Positions 37,619 through 49,100 of a stretch of DNA of 64,000 bases are shown here, piece after piece. The notes beneath the pieces are model-generated. The model saw only the letters and a program-made list of their open reading frames with translations. It did not search any database and was not told the DNA's origin. Both the position numbers and the translations under genes were made by a program. The first letter of the stretch is position 1; each line of letters opens with the position of its first letter. Source of the DNA: Anaerolineales bacterium (GTDB lineage Bacteria > Chloroflexota > Anaerolineae > Anaerolineales > Villigracilaceae); contig JAEURI010000002.1 of NCBI GenBank assembly GCA_016789225.1, positions 5,062 through 69,061 of the forward strand. Direction: 5' to 3'.

Positions 37619-38482
37619 ATGCTCCGTCTCTCCCGTCCCCTCCACCTTCTCCTCGCCGCGCTGACCTATCTTCTTGGCGCGAGCATCCCTGCCTATTTGG
37701 GCAAGCCCTTTCAACTGACTCCATTCATCCTCGGCTTTGCAGGTGTACTGCTTGCACAAGCCAGCATGGCATTCCTGCGTGAGGTCTTTCGTCCGCACAA
37801 TGAACCGCTCATCGAAGGCCAGACTCCCAAACAAAAAGAGACTCTGCGCAATAACCTGCTTTACATCTCCATCGGCATGACCGGCACTACCGCCGTCATC
37901 GCCTTCATCGTCCATCTCAACTACACCCTAACCCTTCCTTCCTTCCTCTTTCTTTTTTCATCCATCATCCTCGTCCTGGCCTACTCCATTCCGCCATTTC
38001 ACCTCGTCAATCACGGTTTCGGCGAACTCATCCTTGCCCTGCACATCGCTTACGTCATTCCATCCATTGGTTTCCTTTTTCAAGCTGGAGAGAACTCGCG
38101 CCTGCTGACCATTCTTCTCATTCCGCTAATTGTTCTTGCCCTTGCATACTTTCTTATCATCAACTTCATCACCTTCCCTGAGGACGAAAAATACGAACGC
38201 GGCACTTTGCTTCGCCGCCTCACCTGGGAACGTGCTGTTCCATTGCATCACAGCCTCATCGCCTTTGCCTATCTGATGTTCGCCTTCATTCCGCTTTTCG
38301 GATACTCATTCAACCTCATTGCTCCTGCCTTTCTGACCCTGCCCTTCGCCATCTTCCAGATATACCAACTTCGTGCCATTGCCAACGGCATCCCGCCCAA
38401 CTGGAGGTTGCTCACTTCCACTGCTCTCGCCGTTTTCGGATTGACCACTTACTTTCTGACGTTGACATTTTGGCTGAGATGA
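37619..38482 (+). CDS. UbiA/MenA-like prenyltransferase-family membrane protein with degenerate Asp-rich motifs
   Basis: LSRPLHL, LAYSIPPFHL..HGFGEL, FPEDEKYERGTL; lacks NDxxD. Confidence 0.6.
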   Translation: MLRLSRPLHLLLAALTYLLGASIPAYLGKPFQLTPFILGFAGVLLAQASMAFLREVFRPHNEPLIEGQTPKQKETLRNNLLYISIGMTGTTAVIAFIVHLNYTLTLPSFLFLFSSIILVLAYSIPPFHLVNHGFGELILALHIAYVIPSIGFLFQAGENSRLLTILLIPLIVLALAYFLIINFITFPEDEKYERGTLLRRLTWERAVPLHHSLIAFAYLMFAFIPLFGYSFNLIAPAFLTLPFAIFQIYQLRAIANGIPPNWRLLTSTALAVFGLTTYFLTLTFWLR

Positions 38483-38483
38483 T

Positions 38484-39740
38484 ATGCCTGAATTTTTAAC
38501 TCTCCTGCCGCCGGATGAAGCGCGTGAAAAACTCCTTACGCATCTTTCCGCACCGAGGCTTGATTCTGAATCTCTGGCCGTAGATTCTGCCTTGGGCAGA
38601 GTCACCGCTGAAGCTGTTGTCGCGCCGCACCCTTTGCCTGAATTTCCCCGTACCACCGTGGATGGCTACGCTGTCCGCGCACAAGACACCTTTGGCGCAA
38701 CTGACTCCCTGCCGACATATCTCCACCTCATCGGCGAGGTCCCAATGGGGGACGAGCCGTCTTTTGAAATTGCTTCCGGTCAGTGTGCCCTGATCCATAC
38801 CGGTGGTATGCTCCCCAAAGGCGCGGATGCGGTTGTGATGTTGGAATACACCCAATCGGTAGGGACGGGCTCTCTCCTCCCGGAAATTGAGATTTTCAAA
38901 TCCCTTGCCGAAGGCGAGAACGTCATCCGCATCGGTGAGGATGTGGCAAAAGACCAAGTTGTAATTCCAAAAGGGACAATATTGCGTCCTGCCGAGATTG
39001 GCGGGCTAATGGCTTTGGGAGTTACCTTTTTGCGCGTAGCCGAAAAGCCGAGGGTAGGTTTGATCTCAACAGGCGATGAAGTTATTGAACCCCATCAACA
39101 TCCGCGGCCAGGGCAAGTGCGCGATATCAACTCGTACACCCTGAGCGCACTGATCGAAAAAAGCGGCGGTGTAGCAGTCCGGTATGGGATTATCGGCGAT
39201 CAGTTTGAGGCGTTGAAAGAGGCGGCGGCGAAGGCGTTGGCCGAATGTGATGTGGTCATCATCACCGCCGGGTCATCCGCATCCACTCGTGATATGACTG
39301 CTGAAGTTATTCGTCAGTTGGGGAAGCCAGGCGTGCTTGTGCATGGCATCAATACCAGGCCTGGCAAACCGACGATCTTGGGTGTGTGTGAGGGCAAGGC
39401 CGTCATCGGCTTGCCGGGGAATCCTGTCAGCGCTTTGGTGAACGGATATTTGTTCGTCGTTCCGGTCGTCGAGAAATTATTGGGTGCATTGCCCAAACCG
39501 AAAGCAACTGTGCAAGCTGTTCTGACGGTCAACCTCGCATCCCAGGCCGGGCGCGAAGATTGGTGGGCGGTCAAACTGATTGCCGATCATCAATCGAAAA
39601 TCGTAAATTATCTGGCTGAGCCGATCTTTGGAAAATCCAACCTCATCTTCACCCTCGCTGTCGCAGATGGACTGTTGAAGATTCATCCCGATGCCACCGG
39701 CTTGAGCGCCGGCGAGACGGTGGAAGTGTTCTTGATTTAA
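38484..39740 (+). CDS. moeA: Molybdopterin molybdotransferase
   Basis: PEFPRTTVDGYAV, IHTGG.LP.GADAVVM.E, STGDE, RDIN, RPGKPT, GLPGNPVS. Confidence 0.95.
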   Translation: MPEFLTLLPPDEAREKLLTHLSAPRLDSESLAVDSALGRVTAEAVVAPHPLPEFPRTTVDGYAVRAQDTFGATDSLPTYLHLIGEVPMGDEPSFEIASGQCALIHTGGMLPKGADAVVMLEYTQSVGTGSLLPEIEIFKSLAEGENVIRIGEDVAKDQVVIPKGTILRPAEIGGLMALGVTFLRVAEKPRVGLISTGDEVIEPHQHPRPGQVRDINSYTLSALIEKSGGVAVRYGIIGDQFEALKEAAAKALAECDVVIITAGSSASTRDMTAEVIRQLGKPGVLVHGINTRPGKPTILGVCEGKAVIGLPGNPVSALVNGYLFVVPVVEKLLGALPKPKATVQAVLTVNLASQAGREDWWAVKLIADHQSKIVNYLAEPIFGKSNLIFTLAVADGLLKIHPDATGLSAGETVEVFLI

Positions 39741-40435
39741 TGGCCAACCAACGTATTCTCATTGTTGAAGATGACCCTGCCATTGGCCAAAGTCTGTTGG
39801 ATGGATTCGGCACACATGGATTTGAACCGCATCTTTGTACTACCGGCGGAAGTGGTCTGGAGTATGCGAAGAAACATGCGCCGCATCTGGTTCTGTTGGA
39901 TATTCGTCTGCCAGACAGCTCCGGTTTTGATGTTTGCCGCCAAATGCGACAGGCAGGCATCAAGCAACCGATCATCATGCTCACAGCCCAGCACGATGAA
40001 ATGGATAAAGTGCTTGGCTTGGAAATGGGTGCGGATGATTATGTCACCAAGCCGTTCAGCCTGCGTGAGTTGATCTCGCGTGTCCGTGCTCAATTGCGCC
40101 GGGCGTATGGGGATTACGCGTCAGCGGACTCATCGTCGCTGGTGGTGGCCGATTTGGTGTTGGACCAGTCAACAGGTCAGGTGCGACGCGATGAGATTGT
40201 GATCACATTGACGCCCATCGAATTCCGCCTGTTCAGTTATCTCGCCCGTCATCGTGGACAAGCCCTATCTCGCGCGCAAATTGTGGAATCTGTGTGGGGA
40301 TATGCACCCGATTTGGAAAGCGAAAAATCTGTCAACGTCCACATTCGCCGCCTGCGTGAAAAGATCGAGATCAAACCCGAAGCACCTGTAATTATCCTGA
40401 CCGTCCCCGGCATCGGTTATCGTTTGGTCGGCTAG
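39740..40435 (+). CDS. OmpR/PhoB family response regulator
   Basis: IVEDD, LLDIRLP, GADDYVTKPF, LTP.EF, VNVHIRRLREKIE, TVPGIGY. Confidence 0.95.
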   Translation: MANQRILIVEDDPAIGQSLLDGFGTHGFEPHLCTTGGSGLEYAKKHAPHLVLLDIRLPDSSGFDVCRQMRQAGIKQPIIMLTAQHDEMDKVLGLEMGADDYVTKPFSLRELISRVRAQLRRAYGDYASADSSSLVVADLVLDQSTGQVRRDEIVITLTPIEFRLFSYLARHRGQALSRAQIVESVWGYAPDLESEKSVNVHIRRLREKIEIKPEAPVIILTVPGIGYRLVG

Positions 40436-40475
40436 ACTCTTCTTCTTCAAAAATTGACGGATTTCGAGAGGGGCA

Positions 40476-40511
40476 TTACAAAATCTTAATCGAATCTCAA
40501 TCTCATTGAAA
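40476..40511 (+). promoter_or_regulatory. OmpR-type direct-repeat box upstream of the efflux operon
   Basis: About 11-bp periodic AATCTTAATC-G-AATCTCAATC. Confidence 0.45.
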
Positions 40512-40587
40512 CCCGGCGCTACTAGACTTACAGACAAGGCAACCCCTTGTCTGTATTTATTTTGAGCGCAGGAGCCTGCTCCTGCAA

Positions 40588-41781
40588 ATGGAGTTCATTG
40601 TGGATAAACGCGCCGTCATCGTTTTCGTCATCGTTGGGATCTTGATCGTTTCCGCCGCCGGGTATTTTGGATTTTCAACCACACAGGAACCCGAGCCAAC
40701 ACCCACGCCTCAAACCGTGACTGTGAACCGCTGCGACGTGGGCCAAACCGTAACTGCGCCCGGAAATTTGGTCAATGTCGGCCTTGAGAATGTGAACATG
40801 CCGACGACGGGAAAGTTATCCGAGGTGTATATCCGCGCCGGGGATGTGGTCAAAGAAGGGCAGGTGCTTGCCGAATTGGATGAAGTGACCAAATCGGAAG
40901 CGCAATTAAAGTTGGTCGAAGCGAGGGAGAAACTGGAGAAGGAGCAAAAAGAACGAACCTCTTTGGATTATCCGCGCGCCAGCGAGGACTATATCAAACA
41001 GCAAAAGAACAAGGTCAAACTGCTCAAGCAGAAAATATCGTTTCAAGTGGATGCATATAACGAGGCGGAAGATGCCGCTGCCAAAGAAATGCTTTTGAAT
41101 CAGCTCACTGCCACACAAACCGAGCTTCAGGAAGAGGAAGCGGAATTGAAATGGATCATGAGCAAGCCCAGCGACGCGGATTTTGACGAGGCTGATTCGG
41201 AACTGTCACTGGCGCAGGCGAATTACGACGCAGTAAAAGCCTTATTAGACAGCCTGTCCATCGTTGCGCCGTATGATGGTGTTGTCCTCGAAGCGAAAGC
41301 ACAGACCGGCATATCCATTTCTGCCGATACGACCCTCTTCAAGGTCGGCGACCCAAAGGCTCTCGAAGTAAAAGCGAATATAACCGAGGAGGATTTCCCA
41401 ATCGTGGCAGTAGGCCAGGAAGTGGAGTTGTTTTTCGATGCCCGCTCTGACTTGAGTGTGCAAGGCTTTGTAGATCGCATTATTCCTATTCGCATCGAAG
41501 GGGATACCCCACGTTATCAGATTTTCATCGTACTGCATGAAGTGCCGGATGGGCTTGCCGATGGAATGACAGCAGATGCATCCATTACCATCACCAAACG
41601 TGAGAATGTCCTTTGCCTGCCGCGTTCGGTCGTGCGTGCTTCCGGCGTGGATGAGGTCGTGCTGAAGGTATGGGTCGATCAAGCCATTGAAACGCGCATA
41701 GTGACCATCGGTCTGCGCGGCGATTCGGATGTGGAGATCATATCTGGCCTGAGCGAAGGCGATCAGGTGGTGATCCAATGA
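40588..41781 (+). CDS. MacA-like periplasmic adaptor (membrane fusion) protein
   Basis: N-terminal [16 protein letters not shown], coiled coil, [25 protein letters not shown]. Confidence 0.88.
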   Translation: MEFIVDKRAVIVFVIVGILIVSAAGYFGFSTTQEPEPTPTPQTVTVNRCDVGQTVTAPGNLVNVGLENVNMPTTGKLSEVYIRAGDVVKEGQVLAELDEVTKSEAQLKLVEAREKLEKEQKERTSLDYPRASEDYIKQQKNKVKLLKQKISFQVDAYNEAEDAAAKEMLLNQLTATQTELQEEEAELKWIMSKPSDADFDEADSELSLAQANYDAVKALLDSLSIVAPYDGVVLEAKAQTGISISADTTLFKVGDPKALEVKANITEEDFPIVAVGQEVELFFDARSDLSVQGFVDRIIPIRIEGDTPRYQIFIVLHEVPDGLADGMTADASITITKRENVLCLPRSVVRASGVDEVVLKVWVDQAIETRIVTIGLRGDSDVEIISGLSEGDQVVIQ

Positions 41782-42491
41782 GTGAATCGGCGAAGACCAT
41801 CATTCGGACGGTCGGTTTGACGCGTGATTATCAAATGGGGAATGTGATATTGAAGGCATTGCGCGGCGTTGAGTTGACCGTTCGAGAAGGCGATTTCATT
41901 GCCTTGATGGGCGCCTCCGGAAGCGGAAAATCCACTTTGTTGAGTCTGCTCGGCTTGTTGGACCGCGCCACCTCCGGGGAATATTTTTTGGAAGATGTCG
42001 AAGTCTCTTCCCTCACCCGCAATGAACTGGCTGCGATTCGCGGCAGGCGCATCGGGTTTGTCTTTCAGAATTTCAACCTCCTGCCGCGTTTTTCCGCCTG
42101 GGAGAATGTGGCCCTGCCGCTGACGTATCGCAAAGGTGAATTCGGTGTGGAGGAACAACGCAAACGCGCACTGGAATCATTAACCCGCGTCGGTCTGGAC
42201 CGTCGAGCGGGTCATCAACCGATGGAGTTATCTGGCGGGGAGAGGCAACGCGTCGCCATCGCCCGTGCCCTGGTCACACAACCCGCAGTCATCCTTGCCG
42301 ATGAACCGACCGGCAATTTGGACAGTATTACCGGCAGGGAGATTATGAGCCTGCTCGACGGATTGCATGCGGAGGGAAAGACCATTGTGATCGTCACCCA
42401 TGATGCATCCATTGCGCAACATGCCAGCCGAATCTGCACGATGCGGGATGGAATCCTTACAGAAGGCGGAATGACCCATGTCTCTGCCTGA
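41778..42491 (+). CDS. MacB/LolD-type ABC ATP-binding protein
   Basis: [45 protein letters not shown]. Confidence 0.93.
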   Translation: MSESAKTIIRTVGLTRDYQMGNVILKALRGVELTVREGDFIALMGASGSGKSTLLSLLGLLDRATSGEYFLEDVEVSSLTRNELAAIRGRRIGFVFQNFNLLPRFSAWENVALPLTYRKGEFGVEEQRKRALESLTRVGLDRRAGHQPMELSGGERQRVAIARALVTQPAVILADEPTGNLDSITGREIMSLLDGLHAEGKTIVIVTHDASIAQHASRICTMRDGILTEGGMTHVSA

Positions 42492-43770
42492 CCTTTTCCG
42501 CACGTCGTGGCGCGGGGCATCTGCCAACAAATTACGGGCAGTCCTGACGATGTTGGGGATCATCATTGGCGTGGCGTCTGTCATTGCCATGCTGGCTCTA
42601 GGGAATGGCGCGCGTGCCGCAGTGGAGTCGCGTTTTCGTTCGCTGGGCGCGAATCAGGTCCAGATCAGCGAGGCGATGTCATTCGTGGATGGGAAGATCG
42701 AGCAGGCAGGCGAGATCCTGAGTTATGAAGATGGGCTGCTGATGCCGGACCATGTCGAATTGGTCAACCGCGTTGGCATGTCTGTTGGCAGCAGCGGAAA
42801 GCTCCGCTATGGGCGTGCAACGTTGGACATGTCATTTCAAGGGGTAACGGCAAGCGCACTCGAGAGCATTGTCAGCAGCGGACAAGTCCAGCCTGTTAAC
42901 TGGATAGAAGGTGAAAGCTTTACCATCTCTGACCTGATCGTGGATGGACGTTTCTTCACCGCGTCGGAAGTACTGGAAAATGCCCCGGTCTGTGTGATTG
43001 GATATCAGACTTCGACCGATCTGTTCGGTGGTGATAATCCGGTTGGGCAGACCATCTGGGTGAACCGCAGCCGCTGTGAGGTCATCGGAGTGATGGTCGA
43101 ACTGGAATCTGTGGATGAATCTCTGCGTTATCAGGTCAACCCAAATTTGACCTTGTTCATGCCCATCAGCACTGCCATTGACTTGTTATATGAAGAGGAA
43201 CCATCCGTTGCCATCACTGCCTTCGTCAGCGATGAGACCCGTATGGATGAAGCCAAGGTTCAGATCAAAGAATACCTGCGTGAACGCCACAAGATCGAAC
43301 CGGATGTGGATGGCGAATACCTGGATGATTTCAACCTGACAACCCGCAAAGATATATTAGGCGCGCAGCAGGAAGCCGCAAATACTTTTGCATTGCTGCT
43401 TGCTGCGATGGCGGTCGTATCTCTCATTGTCGGAGGCATCGGCATCATGAACGTCATGCTGGTCAGCGTCACCGAGCGGACTCGGGAGGTGGGCGTCCGC
43501 ATGGCGGTAGGAGCAAGGCCGCTGGATATCATCCTGCAATTTCTGCTGGAAGCCATTCTCATCAGTGTGGGTGGCGGTGTGCTGGGTGTTGTCGTCGGCA
43601 TCTTATCCATCCCTCTCGCGGCATCCTTGAATCAGGGATTGGCGTTGCTGGAGCCCGCCAGTATTCCGCTGGCATTGATTGTCGCCGTTGTGGTCGGTGT
43701 TCTGTTTGGGATCTATCCTGCCATGCGTGCAGCGCGGCTCGACCCCATCGAAGCGCTTCGGTATGAATAA
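42478..43770 (+). CDS. MacB-type ABC permease
   Basis: [57 protein letters not shown]. Confidence 0.93.
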   Translation: MSLPDLFRTSWRGASANKLRAVLTMLGIIIGVASVIAMLALGNGARAAVESRFRSLGANQVQISEAMSFVDGKIEQAGEILSYEDGLLMPDHVELVNRVGMSVGSSGKLRYGRATLDMSFQGVTASALESIVSSGQVQPVNWIEGESFTISDLIVDGRFFTASEVLENAPVCVIGYQTSTDLFGGDNPVGQTIWVNRSRCEVIGVMVELESVDESLRYQVNPNLTLFMPISTAIDLLYEEEPSVAITAFVSDETRMDEAKVQIKEYLRERHKIEPDVDGEYLDDFNLTTRKDILGAQQEAANTFALLLAAMAVVSLIVGGIGIMNVMLVSVTERTREVGVRMAVGARPLDIILQFLLEAILISVGGGVLGVVVGILSIPLAASLNQGLALLEPASIPLALIVAVVVGVLFGIYPAMRAARLDPIEALRYE

Positions 43771-43823
43771 GTGGTGATCGTCGGCAATGTGCATTGCCGT
43801 AAATTAGAAAAGGAGAAAACAAT

Positions 43824-44444
43824 ATGGAAACTCAACAACAGGAACCCATTCAGGAAGCACCCGCACCCAGGAAGTCACGCCTGCCGTATTTCATCGGCAC
43901 AGGGCTCATCGTTCTGCTTGCGCTTGCGGCGTTCATCGCCATGCGTTATTTTTCCCAGAAGGAAGAGGCTCGTCCGGTCTCCTTGATGGGCGGGGATGAG
44001 TTCACATTTCAAGGAGCTGATGGCGCCCAGCAATCCTTTCAGCTTGATATTACCCCGGCTGAGGAACTGCCGAAGACCCAGCCTGAAGCGATGGGACTCT
44101 TTGTTGAAAGAAAGGATAACAGCATCATCATTGGAACGGGTGAAGTCAATGTTCTCGTATCCATGGATGAAGCGGGAGGTGAACCGAGCTTTGATTCCAG
44201 CTTTAGCGGTGACGAAGTCGAAGTGGTCGTTTCCAACGATACCGTCATCTATCGCGAGACTACCGAGATCGATCCTGACAAAATAGAAGAAACCATTCAA
44301 CAGACAGTGGAACTGAGTACAATTGACGATATCACCCCCCAGAGTTCCATTACCGTCTGGGGCAGAAAAGCCGGTGACCGTATCATCGCAGATGTGATCT
44401 TGTTCTCATCGCCTTTTGCGGTCAGGTTTGAAGGAGCGCCTTAA
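43824..44444 (+). CDS. Single-TM acidic hypothetical protein in the exporter operon
   Basis: AAGGAG RBS; N-terminal TM; beta-rich acidic extracytoplasmic domain (ITVWG.K.GDRIIADV). Confidence 0.75.
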   Translation: METQQQEPIQEAPAPRKSRLPYFIGTGLIVLLALAAFIAMRYFSQKEEARPVSLMGGDEFTFQGADGAQQSFQLDITPAEELPKTQPEAMGLFVERKDNSIIIGTGEVNVLVSMDEAGGEPSFDSSFSGDEVEVVVSNDTVIYRETTEIDPDKIEETIQQTVELSTIDDITPQSSITVWGRKAGDRIIADVILFSSPFAVRFEGAP

Positions 44445-46001
44445 ATGAAATTGAGTTCGATCCGCTGGCGGCTGGCCTTTAGTTATGCCGCCATTGCCTT
44501 GCTTGCCGCATTTTCACTTGGCTTTGTGCTTCGCACCATCCTGCGCAGCTATTACGACACACAGGAAGCGCGATATTTACAAGAGCGCGCCATGCGGATC
44601 GGACTCGTCACTGCCCAATTGATCGATGCGCAAGTCCCGGCGCAGTTGCTTCAAGACCAGTCTGCAAGCTGGTCTTTTTTCCTTCAGGCGCGCGTACGCA
44701 TCGAAGATGATTCTGGAAACCTGATAGCTGATTCTGGCATTCCAGATAATCGAAATGCCGTTTTCTTTACGAGCGCAATGCCATTCCAGGTCCCGGTGGA
44801 TAGCTCGCTTGCTGTCCCTGCCATGGGAACAGAATCGTTCGAAGTTCAGATCATTCAAGGCGAGGCGGCCAGCACCATGGGGCAGCAGGGCGACTTCGTC
44901 ATCTTTAGCCCGGATTCGGTTGGGGTTGTGATGCCGGCGGATGAGTCCATGTATGGCTTGTTCAACTACAGCGAAGGCACGCTTGCGCGGCGTTCGTCTC
45001 AGGCGGTCAGACAGCCGATCATGGATGAAGATGGCACTCTGCTCGGGTGGTTGATCCTTTCCGATGGCCCGGCTTATGGCGATGAGATCTTGAACAATGT
45101 AATGAACGGCTGGGTCATTTCAAGTATTGTCGCCATTCTGTTGGCTGCACTGGCAGGTTGGTTTTTCAGCAACCGCATTACCACGCCCATTACTGCACTG
45201 ACTCAGACCACCGCGCGCATGGCGGCTGGAGATTTATCTGCGCGTGCAAATGTGGCAAGCAACGACGAAATGGGCAGGCTCGGTCATTCATTCAATGAAA
45301 TGGCTTCACAGGTGGAAGAGATGGTCGGAACCCTGCGTTCCTTTGTATCGGATGCCGCGCATGAACTGCATACTCCGCTGACAGCCTTGCAGACCAACCT
45401 TGAATTGGCGCGTGACGAGAAAAACGCCTCAGCGCGGACCCGCTACCTGGTCCGCGCCCAGGAACAGGGTCAAAGGCTGGAGGCGATGGTGTCGAATCTG
45501 CTCGACCTTTCGCGAATCGAATCCACAGAAGGCAGAGCCGGTTTCTTGCCTGTCAATCTTTCCATGTTGCTTGGTGAAATCGCTGAGCACTACGCTTCTC
45601 GTGCAGAGCAGTCCAATCGTCCCCTGGCCCTTGACCTACCCGATGAACCCATAGTGGTGTTGGGAAATGAGGCGCAGTTGAATCAGGTCTTTATCAACCT
45701 TCTGGAGAATGCCCTAAAATTCACCCGCGAACATGATTCAATTTATATATCTGCTGCGGCGAGCGAGAAGAGGGTAGTAATGGAAGTAACCGATACTGGA
45801 ATTGGCATCCCCGTCGATGACCTGCCAAACATCTTCAAACGTTTTCATCGTGGTCGCAATGTTTCAGAGATTGCAGGCAATGGCCTGGGTCTTGCCATTG
45901 TCCGGGCGGTGGTGGAACAGCACGGTGGAAGCGTGACGGTGGCAAGCGAAGGAGTGGGCAGAGGCAGCAAATTCACCATCATCCTACCTGCTCGTTTATA
46001 A
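44445..46001 (+). CDS. HAMP sensor histidine kinase (partner of the regulator at 39740)
   Basis: Two TMs, HAMP (DEMGRLGHSFNEMA), DAAHELHTPL, NLLENALKF, DTGIGI, GNGLGL. Confidence 0.93.
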   Translation: MKLSSIRWRLAFSYAAIALLAAFSLGFVLRTILRSYYDTQEARYLQERAMRIGLVTAQLIDAQVPAQLLQDQSASWSFFLQARVRIEDDSGNLIADSGIPDNRNAVFFTSAMPFQVPVDSSLAVPAMGTESFEVQIIQGEAASTMGQQGDFVIFSPDSVGVVMPADESMYGLFNYSEGTLARRSSQAVRQPIMDEDGTLLGWLILSDGPAYGDEILNNVMNGWVISSIVAILLAALAGWFFSNRITTPITALTQTTARMAAGDLSARANVASNDEMGRLGHSFNEMASQVEEMVGTLRSFVSDAAHELHTPLTALQTNLELARDEKNASARTRYLVRAQEQGQRLEAMVSNLLDLSRIESTEGRAGFLPVNLSMLLGEIAEHYASRAEQSNRPLALDLPDEPIVVLGNEAQLNQVFINLLENALKFTREHDSIYISAAASEKRVVMEVTDTGIGIPVDDLPNIFKRFHRGRNVSEIAGNGLGLAIVRAVVEQHGGSVTVASEGVGRGSKFTIILPARL

Positions 46002-46101
46002 TGGGGCAACCTCGTATGACGAGGAAATCCATATAACCTTGCAATGTTGGCGGAATTTTTTGAATGCAAAATAATGAAATGTCCACTGCCAACTTGAGTG
46101 A

Positions 46102-49100
46102 ATGCCCATGAATTTTGAATACTCTCCCTACATATTGCCGCTGGTTGCCGCCGCGGCGATTTCTATTTTTGTTGCCATTTATGCCTGGCGGCACCTTTCT
46201 TCTGCCGGGGCACCAGCTTTGGCGGTTCTGGCGATCGCGATTGGGGAATGGGGTGTCGGTTATGCATTGGAGATTTCAAGTACAGGCCTGAACACCATGT
46301 ATGTCTGGGCGGCCAGTCAGTACCTGGGAATTGCCTTTGCTCCCTATGCCTGGTTCATCTTTGCCATGGATTTTAGCGGGTATTCAAAAACCCTGACGCG
46401 GCGTTTTCTTCTGCTCATGGCTGTTGTCCCATTCCTCACCGTGCTTCTTGCATGGACAACCAAATGGCATGGTTTGATCTGGACGGGCTACCAAATTAGC
46501 CCTGCAGATGGATTTTCCGCGCTTAGCACCGAAAAGGGGATTTGGTTCTGGGTTCACACAGCCTATTCCTATCTCATGCTTCTGACTGGCACCGTATTGT
46601 TGCTGCGCATCCTTTGGCGCAGACAGGGTCTCTATCGCGGACAGGTAGCGGCCATGTTGATCGCTGTGCTTGCGCCCTGGGTCGGGAACGTTCTGTATCT
46701 TTCAGGTAACAGCCCCATCCCTTATCTGGATATTACTCCGTTTGCATTTACCATCACGGTCGCCGCCCTGGCCTGGGCTGTCTTTGGGTTTCATCTTGTG
46801 GATGTTACCCCGATCGCGCGCGACCTTGTGGTGGATTCGCTTCTGGAGGGTGTCCTCGTCCTGGATGCGCGCGGCAGGGTTGCGGATGTTAACTCGTCAG
46901 CTGCTCGAATCTTTGGAGTGGAAATTTCCCAGGTGATTGGCAATCCGGCAGAGGAGATGCTCCTGCCCTGGCCTCAGCTGTCGGAACGGATTCGCGATCT
47001 AACGGACTGGGTGGAACAAATCACCATAGGGTCCGGGCAGGCCCAACGTCGTTATGAGGCGGCCATATCGCGTATCAATGATTCTCAGGGCCGTATGGCA
47101 GGCCGGGTGATGATCGTGCGTGACCTGGGCAATGAGTCGATCCGGAGAATTCGCCCTGCAAGGACGGTTGGTACCGTACCCGTTGATTCTTTTGAATCAA
47201 AGACCAGTGACTCTGCGGAACAGACCGGCATATACCGTTTCCCCTTTATCCGTTGGATCGTTGATTATTTTGTCGCACCTATCCAACATGATCTGCCGGT
47301 TCCTCCCAACATTAGCCCGGTTTGGTATCGGGTGCGCGAACGCTCGTTTACGATTATCCTGCGTATTGGTGCTTTGGTGGGGACGGTCGCGTATGTATTT
47401 ACGCTGCCCATCCTGCGTGAGGAATCAAGATTCACCTTTACGAACTTCATCTTCGGCGTTGTTCTTGTAGTGCTTTGGGTCCTTGGCTTTGCGCGACAAT
47501 ACAGTTTTCGATCCCGTGCGAATGTTTTTCTTTTACTGATCTACATCATGGCACTTAATGAAACGGTCAGTTATGGATTTTCAGTTGAGTGCTTCCTGTT
47601 TTTTACCTCATTCGTGATCATTGCAACCCTTCTGACCGGGCGGTCAGGCGTAAGGGTTTCATCCGGTGCCAGCTTTTTAACTCTTGGCATATTTGTCTGG
47701 CTGATCGGCAGCGGCTCCTTCATTCCATTCAATGTACAGGCAGGCCCGGTGATGCCCCCAACACTTACGGTGGGACTCACCAATGTGTTTGTCTTTCTCG
47801 CAACATCGCTGGCCATGGCGAATGCGACCGTTGTCCTGATGGAAAATTTGAATTCCGCCTGGCAGAAGGAAACACAGGCCTTGAACCTTCTGCAACAGGA
47901 ACGCGACCTGCTCGAACAGCGCGTGGAGGAACGCACACAAGATCTGAGTGAAACAGAGACCAAATTTAGAACTCTGGTGGAACAATTACCGGCTGTCTTA
48001 TACCGCGACGATGCAAACGATTTGGGGGTGAATAATTATTTCAGCCCGCAGGTCGAGAAGATGTTTGGATATCCGATGTCGAATTGGGAGCAGGACTCGA
48101 TGCACTGGCAGGGGATTCTACATCCCGACGACCGGGAGCATGCCATTGCAACCATCACTGAAACGATCGCGACCGGGCACTCCACATCGGAATATCGTAT
48201 TTTCGATATTGATGGCCGGGTGGTGTGGGTGCGCGATGAAGCTCTGTTGGTGCGCGATGCAAGAGGAAACCCTCAATTCGTGCAAGGCATTATGCAGGAT
48301 ATTACGGAGATCAAGCAGGCAGAGGAACAGATCCGCAAGCTTTCTCGAGCGGTGGAGCAAAGCGGAAATTCCATCGTCATCACCGATACAAAAGGCGATA
48401 TTGAATATGTCAACCCGAAATTCGAGGAAGTAACGGGCTACTCCTTTGAAGAGGTGAAGGGGCAGAATCCGCGTATCTTGAAAGCTGGCCGACAGCGGCC
48501 TGAGTTCTACGTTAAATTATGGAAGACGATCACGAGCGGCCAGGTTTGGCATGGCGTTTTTAATAACAAACGCAAGGATGGTTCGCTTTACTGGGAAACT
48601 GCCACGATTGCCCCAGTACTTGACCAGAACGGCAGGATCACCAATTACGTAGCGATCAAGGAGGATATCACCGCTCGCAGAGAAGCTGAGGAGCAACTGC
48701 GCAAATTGTCGCAGGCGGTCGAACAAAGCGCCAACACTGTGATCATCATGGATCGGGAGGGAAACATCGAGTATGTCAACCCAACCTTTACAGCCATCAC
48801 TGGTTATTCCCCAGCCGAAGCGATTGGAAACCCTCCGCGCAAACTCATGAATCCAGGGACTGGTGATTTCCGTGAAGCTGAATGGTGGAAAACGGTCACC
48901 AACGGCAAGATTTGGCATGGCGAATTTCAGAATCATCGCAAGGATGGCACCGCATTTTGGGAATCTGCCAGCATTGCGCCTGTGCTCGATGTGGATGGCA
49001 TGGTCACCAATTTCATTGAGATCAAACAGGATGTGACCGAACAAAAATTATTGCAGGAACAATTGCAGAAAAAAAATGAGTATCTTTCGGTCTTGCATCA

